A stretch of DNA of 64,000 nt from assembly GCF_009914755.1 (NCBI RefSeq), contig NC_060940.1; one strand, given 5' to 3'. The position numbers were made by a program, and so were the translations under genes. The DNA comes from the human T2T-CHM13v2.0 reference genome, Homo sapiens. Shown in pieces: positions 45,974 to 64,000 of this stretch. The notes below the pieces were generated by a model. It made no database searches. It was not told the origin of the DNA and was given only the letters and a program-made list of their open reading frames with translations. Within the stretch, counting starts at the first letter, position 1. Every line of letters begins with the position of its first letter.

Positions 45974-46741
45974 CTAGCCCACCAAGCTTTTCTCAGGACA
46001 CTTGGAGGATGTGAAAGATCAGCCCTGTCTTGCCAGAACTTTAGGCCAGGTGGCAACTCTCCGTGGAAGCCTTTGGCTTTTTCTAAACTAGTGAGAACCT
46101 GACAAGTCAGTCAGCTCTGCTGATTCTGCAGCTTTTCTTTGCATAGGCTTGAGGTGAAATGTCAGTAGAAAACTTAGGGGAAAAATAAACCTGAAGTTCA
46201 GGTGGTTCTCCTCCTACCTGGACCACCCATCTCAGGGCTTTCAGGAGGTGTGAGGAATGTTTTGTTTTCTTACCTAAATTTGGCGGACAGAGAAGTACCC
46301 ATTATTTTCTTGGATATCCGAAGCCCCTCTTTTCTTTTTACTGGTAACTGTTTCTTTTGATAGCATAAAGAGAATATTTATGTGCTTTTTTACTCTTTGA
46401 AAGCTACATAAAGAAAATTAAATGAATGACGCCTGGCTTCTTTATTTCTTACCCGTGATCAGCTGAATTATAAGTTTCGCTGAATGCTTAGGGCAGTGAT
46501 TACTTTCAATGCAGCAGTAATTGCCGTTTTCTTTCCCTTCCTTCTTTATGCCTTCAGTCAGTATTAGGGCAGCTTTTTTTTTTTTTTTTTCTGTACGTAC
46601 TCCAGAACCTTGATCATCATGGTGTTCTTAAGGCACAGCTTTCCTGACTTCTGCTCTCTCACTCCTTCCCCTCTGGGATTCATTCACAGGTATTTGATAG
46701 AGGCAGCCCAGCACAGCTGACTGTAAGCTTTCCAGTGCTGT

Positions 46742-47075
46742 TTTTTAAATTATTTTTTATTTAATTAATTATTATTCTTATTTATTTATTTTATTTGAGA
46801 CAGAGTCTCGCTCTGTCACCCAGGCTGGAGTGCAGTGACACAGTCTTGGCTCACTGCAACCTCTTCCTCCCGGGGTTTAAGCAATTCTGCCTCAGTCTCC
46901 CAGGAAACTGGGATTGCAAGTGTACGCCACCATGCCTGGCTAATTTTTGTATTTTTAGTAGAAACGGGGTTTCACCATGTTGGCCAGGCTAGTCAAACTC
47001 CTGGCTTCAAGTGATCCACCCACCTCAACCTCCCATAGTGCTGGGATTACAGGCATGAGCCACTGTGTCTCCAGC
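46742..47075 (-). mobile_element. AluS
   Basis: Full dimer. Confidence 0.93.
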
Positions 47076-48813
47076 TGTGTTTTTGGATTTGTTTTATTTG
47101 TTTGAGTGTAGTAGCACAAGAGATTTAGGGGGCTTGCAGTAGCCTATAAAGATGTTGTGGAGTGGAGGTGTTTGAGAATCACTGGTTAAAAAACTGAAAC
47201 TCATTAAAATCCAAGTTCTTCATTTTCTTTCATATGGCTTTTCCGTTATCCCTAATGTTGGCAGCACCTCAAGTTAGAATCATTCGTGAATTTCATTAAC
47301 ATCACTACCTCCCTTTTCCACATACTAAACAAAGATATCAACTAGGAACAAAGCAGTCCCTGTGAAGCCCAGCTAGCCACAGTGGGGGATGCTGGCTGTG
47401 CATGTGGGATGCAGAGTTCCTCTCCTTATGCTGACCTTGGAGTCCATGAGAAAGATTTCTTTTGGAGTGAGGCTGACCTTATATACTTGAAACTGTGAAG
47501 TTTGCTATCTTGAGGGTTAGGATTTGCAAAGCTAGTATGATTCCGGTAGTTATTTTCTCCGAGGCACTGCTGCCAGGTGCGCTGTCATGTAGCAGAGTGA
47601 CTGAGCATGCGGGTTTGCAGTCCTGCCCCGCCACATGGCAGCTCTGTCATCTTGGGCCATATTTTCACCTCCGTTCCTCAACTCTTTGTGCCTCAGCTTC
47701 TCTCTCAAGGAATTACAGTGGTATCCACTTCAAATGATTGTTGGGAACATTAATGGATGAATGCATGTAAAGTGCTTACGACTGTACAAGGCATATTGAA
47801 AACCTTCAGTATTAGTGTCTTTGCTGTTGTGTTTGTATTTATTAATAATATTTCATCATCCAAATGGCTTCCACTAAATATGGCTGTCAGTAAATATAGA
47901 TTATTCACGTGTTTTTACTTTTTTCCCTCCAAGATGGGAATTAGAAAACACTTTAAGGAAATATATTGGCATCATCTTAGTGTTCAGATATATTATTTAG
48001 ATACTGATTTAAAGAGGTAGACACTGGGTATGGTTCTTACAAATTTTCAAGAAAACAGTCAATGATAGTTAAGAGAAGTGGTCAGGCACAAATAAATTTT
48101 CCTGCTGATTAAGATAATCACCAATCTGTAATTGTCCTCTCTTGCAGCTCTAAGTCACAAAGATAATAAAGAATTCTGAAGAGAAGAAAATATCACCCTT
48201 TAGCAGGATGCTTCGGTAGCTCTTTCGTCTAACCCTGTTTTTTCCTCAGGCCTAAGTAACATTCACTCATCCTGAATCTTTATAAATTTGTTGGGGCCTG
48301 TTCACAGTTAACAAAACTTTGGAGCTTTAGAGAAGCTAAATATCAAATTGGCATGCTAGACGTAATCATTTACTCTAATTACAAAGACAGCCCAGCTATT
48401 CAGTTGAGTTCCCCATACTTCCTTTATTTAATAACCAACTTCCCCAGTTTGTGCAACTTCCTGAATTCTTAGAGCTGAAATTATTGTTAGCTTCCATCAT
48501 AATAAAAGGTCTCACATACGTAACAACTGAAGTATCCTGCTAAAGGGTGGTATTTCCTTCTCTTTAGAGTTCTTTATTATCTTTGTGACTTAGAGATGCA
48601 AGAGAGGCCAATCAGACTGGTGATTCTCTTTTCTTAATCAGGAGGAAAACTTTATTGTGCCTTCCCACTTCTGTTAACCATCATTTGTTATTCTCTTTAA
48701 TTAGAGCTTCCACTAGAGATTAATATACATTTTCATATCTTCTTTCTAGTTTTTTAAATGAACTTATTTTTATTGATTACTTTGAACATAGTCTTTAAAG
48801 AGTCGAAAAAGAG

Positions 48814-49692
<879 letters not shown>

Positions 49693-50294
49693 CCTTGCCC
49701 TACTTTTTACACCCTAGTTCCAATCCCCAGAGATTGCCATCTTCATACCCCTCCTTTTTAAAGTAGTTTCTTCTAGTAATTATTTCTCTGTTTATAAATA
49801 AAGTGCTTACACAGACCTCTCTTGATTTAAAAAATTTTGGACATGACCTACTCACTTTCTACATGTTAGATGTGGACCTAGTGCACACACATAGGTGCAC
49901 ACGCATAGGTACACACATGCTCAAACAACTTCTGCCATTTCCCATCACAACTTTTGGCTAAATCATTGGGCACTGTTTACTGCTGACCATGTGGATGTTA
50001 TTCAGTGCTGAGCCTAGTGCAGTCGTCAGCCTTCCCTGCACATTTGCTTCCTTTTCTGCGTACATACTGATATATTTTCCAAAGATCCAGCAACTCTATC
50101 ATGCACATATCATAATTTTGCTCTAGTTTTGTTCTATTTACCCAGACTTCAGCCTTTGACACCTATCCCATTGTCTTTTTCCTTGGTTGTGGATTCATAC
50201 CTTTTTTACACCTTGTCACTTTAGTGAGATTTCAGGAGAAAGAGGATGCAAATGTTTGTGGTCATTCTGCTGTGTTAGTTGCAAATTCTTTTTA

Positions 50295-50336
50295 CTTTCA
50301 AAGTAGAACAGCTGACTAGCTGTTCTACTTTGAAAG
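50295..50336. repeat. Perfect inverted repeat, 19-bp arms, 4-nt loop
   Basis: ctttcaaagtagaacagct-gact-agctgttctactttgaaag. Confidence 0.97.
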
Positions 50337-50434
50337 ACAAAATTTGTTAAAATGTTTTAAACATAAATTTTAAAATTTATCACAGATTTTTTAAAACATT
50401 TTATTTATTTATATCATTCAAAATTCAAAATATT

Positions 50435-50583
50435 CCCAACACAGAGAAATGGTAAACATTTGAGTGATGAATATGCTAGTTACCCTGATCTGATCGCTAT
50501 ATTATATCTATTGAAACATCACCATGTACCCTATGAATATGTACAATTATTATTTGCCAATTAAAAAATTAAAAGTAAAAAAA
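50435..50583 (+). mobile_element. L1MA/PB-type extreme 3' end with A-tail
   Basis: gttaccctgatctgatc...atgtacaattattatttgccaattaaaaa. Confidence 0.75.
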
Positions 50584-50828
50584 ATTTTTAACTTACTAAA
50601 AGATACAAAAATAGAAAGTCTCTCTCTCTCACATTTATCCCCTTGTCACCCAGTTTCCCTCCCCAGAAATAATCAATATTATTAGTTTCTTGAGTATCCT
50701 TCCAGAATTATTCAATGAGTGTATATTTCCCCTTTGTACACAAATAGTTGAATTCAATAGAGACGATTTTGCATCTTGCTTTTTACTTAACAATAGCTCT
50801 TAGAATTCATTTCATGACAGTTATTTAA

Positions 50829-51620
<792 letters not shown>

Positions 51621-51796
51621 ATCAAGTAACGGGTTACAATTCATTTTCCCCCTCTTTCTACTCTCACCCTGCAGGGGCAACCAAAACAGATTCGGATACA
51701 AAAGGAAGCTGATATTCTGCTCTTGGCAGTGGATTTCCCTTTATATTTAAGATATGCTATATTATTTTCTTCCTTTCTCTTCTATTTTAAAAACCT

Positions 51797-52847
<1,051 letters not shown>

Positions 52848-52885
52848 TCAGAGTGTGTAACCATCACCACAGTCAACTTTAGAAG

Positions 52886-53407
52886 TTTTTAAAATTTTGA
52901 GACAGGGTCTCCCTTTGTCACAAAGGCTTGAGTGTGGTGGTGTTGTGCTAGCTCACTAAATCTTGAATTACTGGGCTCAAGTGACCAACTTGCCTCAGCC
53001 TCTCAAGTAGTTAGGACTAGAGGCATGCACCACCATGTCTGGCTAATTTTTTTTTTTTTTTTTTTTTGAGACAGTCTCGCTCTGTCACTCAGGCTGGAGT
53101 GCAGTGGCATGATCTCAGCTCACTGTAACATCTGCCCTCTGGGTTCAAGCAATTTTCTTGCCTCAGCCTCCCAAGTAGCTGGGAATACACGTATGCACCA
53201 CCATGCCCTGCTAATTTTTGTATTTTTAGTAGAGACGGGGTTTTGCCACGTTGGCCAGGCTGGTCTCAAACCCCTGACTGCAAGTGATCCACCTACTTCA
53301 GCCTCCCGAAGTGCTGGGATTACAGGTGTGAGCCGCTGTGCCCAGCCTATCTGGCTAATTTTTTAAATTTTTGTAGAGATGGGGTCTGGCTGTGTTGCCC
53401 AGGCTGG
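52886..53407 (-). mobile_element. Truncated AluJ with an AluS nested in its middle A-rich linker
   Basis: Inner TSD tctggctaattttt. Confidence 0.9.
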
Positions 53408-53417
53408 AATTTTAGAA

Positions 53418-53760
53418 CAATGGCCCCCAACCTTTTGGGCACCAGGGACTGGTTTCATGGAAGACAATATTTCCATGGACGGGACGGTGTTGGGAGGGCG
53501 GGGATGGTTTCAGGATGAAACTGTTCCACCTCAGATCATCAGACTTTCCATTCTCATAAGGAGCACACAACCTAGATCCCTTGCATGTGCAGTTCACAAT
53601 AGGGTTCACACTCCTGGGAGTATCCGTTGCCTCCAATGATCTGACAGAAGGCAGAGCTCAGGCAATAATGCTCCCTTGCTGCTCACCTCCTGCTGTGTGG
53701 TCCCGTTCCTAACAGGCCATGCCCGGTAACAGTCTGCAACCTGGGGGTTGGGGACCCCTG
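53418..53760 (-). mobile_element. MER1B-like hAT-Charlie DNA transposon
   Basis: TIRs; perfect 8-bp TSD ttttagaa at 53410-53417 and 53761-53768. Confidence 0.9.
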
Positions 53761-54200
53761 TTTTAGAATGTTGTTATCACCCCAGAAAGAAATTTCGTAA
53801 CTATTAGCAGTCACTCCCTGCTTTCTCAAACTACCACAGCCCTAGGTAACCACTAAATCTACTTTTCCTATGTAGAGATTTGCCTATTCTGGACATTTCA
53901 TTTCAATGGAATTATACAATGTGTGGGTTTTTGTGTTTCTTGTAGTTTTGTTGGCAGAAATATCTGTGAGTTTCAAGTGAGTAGGTGGTTTTCCGGGTTG
54001 CTGTGGGTATTTTGGGAAGTTGTTATCTGCCCAGGAGAAATGAGGCAGGTTAGTTTTGAGGTAGGAATGGCTTAGCAGTTCCCTGGGATAGAGCCAGTTA
54101 GCAAAGACATTTTAGAATTAGACTGACTTCCCTGTTAATGCAAGAGTACTAAGTAAAAGTACACGACACCCAAACTCCTTTTGCTACTCAGAATCACTGA

Positions 54201-55259
<1,059 letters not shown>

Positions 55260-56013
55260 TTAGTTACGTTAATTCACCAATATTCTACGCACTGCCTCCA
55301 AAAAAAGTTCAGAATGCGTCTGTGAACTCTTCCCAGTTTGGATTCACTTTTACCTTCTCTATATCTCATCTGTTGCACCACATCCTAAAATGCATAGCTA
55401 GTTTCCTACGGTCAGAGCAGAAAGAGGTCTCTCTCACACAATCCTTTGGGTCTCATTACCAAAGGGATTGATGTGTGATGTTTTCTTGAATCTTGTGCTG
55501 ACCCAGAAATTACCCCATTTTCAAGTCACAAAGGAATTATCAAGTGTGATGGGCCCATGGTCATGTGAAGGTTATGGCCGTGCTTCCACAGAGTGTCTAA
55601 GTACAGAAAGTTTTTTCGAAATAAATAAAAACAAGCACACAAAATCTCATCCCTTTCATTTTTATACAGTCTTAACCATCATGTATGACTCTCTTCACTG
55701 CTTGGTGGGTAAAGGGGGAACTGCTGTTATTCTCCAGGGATTTATAAACTCATAGGTGGCACCTGTATCCTAGAAGGTAAAACTCAAACAGCCAGCCATT
55801 TGGCAGCCGTCTGTGGAACAGGCCAGCAGGAAGATAAACAATTGCTATTAGATCTGGGACTGTGGGAAGCAAGGAAACTGGGCTTTGCTTTGGGAACCTT
55901 TTTATGGAAGATTGGGAGAACTAAAAGCTCCCTAATGAGTTTAAAGTTTAGCATTATAGGAAAAGCAAAAAAAAAAAAAATCTGAAAAATCATTGTTAAC
56001 CAGAAAAAGGGTG

Positions 56014-56555
56014 TGTTAGGATTATTTTAATTGAAAAACAGTCCAACTGGCATGAGCATTAGAGGGTGTTTATTGGCTTTTCTATCCAGAAAGTCGAGTG
56101 GGTGGAGTACACCTGGGTCCCGGAGCTGAAAAGATGCCATCGGGTCTCTTCTTCTTCTTCTCCCTCCCTCTCAGGCTGGCTCTCCCTCTGTGTTGGTGTC
56201 ATTCTTGTGTGGGCTTTTTCCACATGGTGGCCACTGGCAGCTCCAGATTAGTCTCTTCAATGGGTGGTGGGGAGGGGAATTTATCTTTCCCAGTAGTGTC
56301 AATGTGGGTTTCAGGATCGAATCTCATTCCCTGTTCCTGAACCAGTCATGGTGGTGGGGATGGAATGGAAGATCCTAACTGGCCAGCCTGGGATACAAGT
56401 TCACACCTGGAGGGGGAGAAAGTGGGTATAGTTAGCCCACTCAAACCACACAGACTGAGAGTAAGAAAGGGATATTTCTCCAAAAGAACACCATGGTGGT
56501 GTTGTTACCAGAAGAGAGAGTAGATGCTAGGTGTAATCACATGTCTGCCCACTAC
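56014..56555. mobile_element. MLT1-type MaLR LTR
   Basis: ctctgtgttggtgtcattctt...cacatggtggccactggcagctccag...tgttaccagaagag. Confidence 0.6.
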
Positions 56556-56611
56556 AGAGAGGAAGTCCAGAGCTCATTTGGCCAGGATAGTATGTTCACA
56601 GAAGTAAATGA

Positions 56612-57442
<831 letters not shown>

Positions 57443-57559
57443 GAAAGTTATGATAGCTGCAAATCTGTAATATATACCAGGCCTTGTAATATATCAGTGA
57501 TATAACACCTGCCAGAATTGCAGTTGTGGAGGTCTTTTAGAAGTTGGAGGCTATTTCTG

Positions 57560-58208
<649 letters not shown>

Positions 58209-58834
58209 GATGCAGACATTTTTTTCTATGCTACAATATTCCATAACTCCGTGTTGAACCTCCAAGGACTTCTTCATCATTTTATATAATAGAGTGAACT
58301 ACAACTACAGTGTCACATTTTGGCAACAGTGTTGTGCCACAGCCTGAATCTCTCTTAAGAGCAGAGCTTCTGCTTGCATAAGATTAGAGCCCATCTTAGG
58401 ACTGAAGTCCTAAGATGGACTCTGGATTGGAGGTGTGGTTTAGGACCACATGCAGAGGTGCAGGCTTAGGACCACATGCAGAGATTTCCCAGGCTCTTTG
58501 GAAGCAAGAAAAGATGGGGGTGGGGAGGGCAGAAAGGAGGATGGGCAGACAGGTGCAGCCCTCAGCAGGTGCTCCGCCTTCACAGCTCAGCAGATGCGGC
58601 GGATAAGGCCAGTGAAGAGTGTGGATGTGATTTAGAAGAGAATGGAATCACAACCTATAACATAAAAAACTGCACGTAGACTTTGCCTGCAAGGCTGTCA
58701 GTTTAAACACGAGAATGGTAAATTTAGATGAAAAATAAGTATAGATTTCTCAAGCATTTATATTACTTCTTCCCCATCCTCTCTTTCTTAATTCCTGAAA
58801 TTTATATCAGGACTGTATATTTGAATCCTGTTTA

Positions 58835-59480
58835 CTCATCCATCCATTCATCCATTCATTCATTTAGCAGGTAGTTACTGAGCACCTGACATGTGCTAGG
58901 ACTCTTCTAGGCATTGGGGATACAGCAGGGAACAAAAGAAAATCCTTGACTTTATTATAGAGTTCACATTCCAAGGAGGAGAGCAGACAATAAGGAAATA
59001 CACAACCTGTCAGGTGATATTAAGTGCTAAGACAAATGAAGCAGGGTGAGAGGAGTAAAGAGTGGCAGGGGAAGGAGGGTGCCGTTTTATATGTGACAAA
59101 TGTGATCTGTGAGCAGAGACATGATAGGGTTTGGGAGCAAGCTGTGAGGCCACCAGGAGGAGCAGCAGCAGATGCAGAGGGGAAGTGAGGCCGACTCCTC
59201 CGAGCCAGGATCACTTGGCCTACTGGAGAATAGCAAGGAGGCCAGGAAGCAAGGGAGAGTGTTAAAAGATGAGATCAGAGAGAGAACAAAGGAAGGCGGG
59301 GGATGGGGACTGCTCATATTCAGGGAAGAAGGGAAACCACTGAGGGGTCTGGGCAGAAGCATGAAGGGGCCAGACTTATGATTCAAACCAAATAGCTCCA
59401 TCTGCAATGGATGAAAAAGGTAGAAGCAGGGAGACCAATGAGGGGATTATTGGAGAAACCCAAAGCAGAGTTGATGGGCC
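58835..59480 (+). mobile_element. L2 (L2a-like) fragment
   Basis: cattcattcatttagcaggtagttactgagcacc...ctaggcattggggatacagcagggaacaaa. Confidence 0.8.
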
Positions 59481-59591
59481 AGGGTGCTTGGGGTAGAAGT
59501 GGGTTCTCATCCTGGAACCCCTATTTCTACTTATTCCTTCTTTACTTTTTTTCTTTTTCGTCACTGTTCTTTATAGTGTGTAATCTTTTTC

Positions 59592-59640
59592 CTGTTCTCT
59601 GCTAAAGACTAATGAGAGAAAATAGGAATAAACAACAGTA
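59592..59640 (+). repeat. Copy 2 of exact 49-bp direct repeat
   Basis: Identical to 56612-56660. Confidence 0.97.
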
Positions 59641-60266
59641 TAGACATGAATGGTAGAATTTGTAGTTATATAGTTTTGAGGCCAACCAGGGGTTTTGTTC
59701 TGGATCTGTCTGGTCATCTCTCACCTCCCTGCCACCCCTAAAAAGGTTGCTGAGTATGGGGCTGGGCTCAGATTATGATAACACTGTTCCAGGCTACACA
59801 TTTAGAAGGCGCTGCTGTGGATAGGAGAGAGGATCAGCAAGTCCTACGAAGGGGGGACTCAGGGTCAGGGTCTTCCCTATTTCTGTTGATTAGGAAACTC
59901 AGCCATGAGCTTAGATCTAATATTGATCATGTCCAGGATGCTCTGAAAATGTTTCCTTGTGGAAACTGCTCCCATCACTGGCAGTTCCACAGAGGGAAAT
60001 TATACAGGAATGGAGAACTGCAGCAAAGGCAGGAGGCATTGCCTGGATCATAGAACGTCAGTGCTGGGAGTGACCTTAGAGATCGTATCAGGCTGGGACT
60101 AGACAAACACAGGAGTCTCAACTACCAGGCCCATCTTCGTTCCACTCACTATGCTGACTCTCCAAACAATAGGCAGCCCTTGCTGGGAGAGCTTTAGAGA
60201 TGGTTTTCAGCATCTCTGCGTTCATCCCATCACAGGGTGACTGGTTTATTTGCCTTTTGATCGTAA

Positions 60267-60491
<225 letters not shown>

Positions 60492-60656
60492 TGACTTTGA
60501 AACCAAAATGTGTGTACCTGGGGGCTTGTTACACTAGTGTGGTGAGGGTAGTTTGAGGGCTGGGATGTACCCATTTAGGAATTTAGGAAATATTCCGATG
60601 TCTACTATGAGACTGAAAGCAACAATGTCCTTTTTCTTAAACCTGCTTAGTCTCTC

Positions 60657-61347
<691 letters not shown>

Positions 61348-61369
61348 TCAAGCAGGGAAGGAAGAGTGC

Positions 61370-62612
<1,243 letters not shown>

Positions 62613-63688
62613 TTTATTTTTGCCTACGCAAAAAAGATTTAAACATTTTTTAAAGATTAAAAATGAAGGAAAACAAATATTTTTTGCTGTTTATTGAGTG
62701 CTCATATGAAGCTAGGAGGTGGGACCCTAGGGAACAAGGACAAAGAAAACAATAGTTCATTCTGAAGAGAGAGGTTAAATTAAGATGAATTTCTCCATAA
62801 GCCAGCAAGTACACTTTGAATATTTTTATACTGGGCTATATAACATAGAATTGAGAGAAGATTCATTTATTTAACCTGTGCTCCATAGACTTAACCATTA
62901 GCTGTCACACTGAATATCACTAGAAGCCTTAAAATAAGGCAAATCAATCATACAGGTGAGAGCCAGTGGTGTACAGTATCCATTTGAGCCAGCTAGCGGC
63001 CATATTGAATTTTGAGAATGAGGTTCCGTTTTAGGGCTGTGTTCTTGTCATGCATGGCCTATATCAGATTGTGTTATAAAGTATAGCTGTTGGTGGTTAA
63101 TATTTGGCTTAATAACAGTGCCACACTTCTTTTATTCTTTAAGTTATATCAGCACTTCTTAGGTACTGCTGTATTTGTCCTTGGCTTTTTAGTAATTCCA
63201 TTATATACTCACTAGCCTATTATCTAAGGCAGAAAAAGAAGATATAATCTTAACTTCAGCTTGGGCAATTTGTCTGTGAGCTATAGTAAAACTTGTAAAT
63301 TTTACTCTTTATCTGGTAGGGGAAGATTTTGGAGAACAAAGTGGAGGTGGGGTATCTTTTTGCCACTTGCATCAGGAGATCACACTGAATCCCTCCTTCA
63401 TCAGCACTTCAGAGGATTTATAGAAATTCCATATAGCCATGCACTGTTTGTATGGACATAGCCCTTAATTTTCCTAATTTCTAGGTGACTGTTCTGGCTA
63501 AGGATGATAGAACCTAGGTCTCCAACCACTTAAATCCTTGTATCAGTGAAAGGAGAATTACTTGAGAGTGAAATTTATTTTGTTTTTGTTTTTTTTTTTC
63601 TTTTCTGACCAATGGATTCATGTCACAGAGAGTGAAATTTATTTATTTATTTATTTAATTTTTTTTGTTTTTTTGAGATGGAGTCTTA

Positions 63689-63989
63689 GCCAGGCGTGGT
63701 GGCTCACGCCTGTAATCCCAGCACTTTGGGAGGCCAAGGCGGGCGGATCATGAGACCGAGACGACGATCAAGAGATCGAGACCATCCTGGCCAACATGGT
63801 GAAACCCTGTCTCTACTAAAAATACAAAATTAGCTGGGCGTGGTGGCACGTGCTTGTAGTCCCAGCTACTCAGGAGGCTGAGGCAGGAGAATCTCTTGAA
63901 CCCGGGAGGCAGAGGTTGCAGTGAGCTGGGATTTCACCACTGCAACGCCAGCCTGGCAACAGAGCCAGATTCCGTCTCAAAAAAAAAAA
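63689..63989 (+). mobile_element. AluSc-like inserted into the 3' end of an oppositely oriented Alu (tail 63637-63673; body continues past the window)
   Basis: TSD gagatggagtc on both sides. Confidence 0.9.
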
Positions 63990-64000
63990 GAGATGGAGTC

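Overview
Primate, almost certainly human, genomic DNA from inside the TANGO6 (TMCO7) gene on the + strand; I recognised the gene from its peptide and ran no search. Four GT-AG coding exons (5350-5484, 13843-14358, 16514-16571, 60304-60444) splice into one open frame. The rest is intron, dominated by about 80 Alu copies or fragments plus L1M, L2, MIR, MLT1 and MER1 relics. There is also a two-LTR ERV1/MER4-group (MER65-like) provirus on the - strand (24405-31822) with an intact tRNA-Leu primer-binding site. Nearly all of the ORF track is repeat-derived noise. I see no evidence of a new multi-gene system. The most interesting non-routine structures are: a ~300-bp inverted duplication of apparently unique sequence (38239-38537 / 39839-40136, ~92% identical); a tailless 5S rRNA retro-fragment with a perfect 13-bp TSD; an orphan polyadenylated retrocopy in a target site that was hit twice; a retroposed MER21 LTR fragment carrying a sense AATAAA just upstream of an exon; a U7 snRNA pseudogene; an exact 49-bp duplication 3 kb apart; and a perfect 19-bp hairpin. 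Repeat subfamily names come from remembered consensus sequences, and repeat boundaries are approximate.
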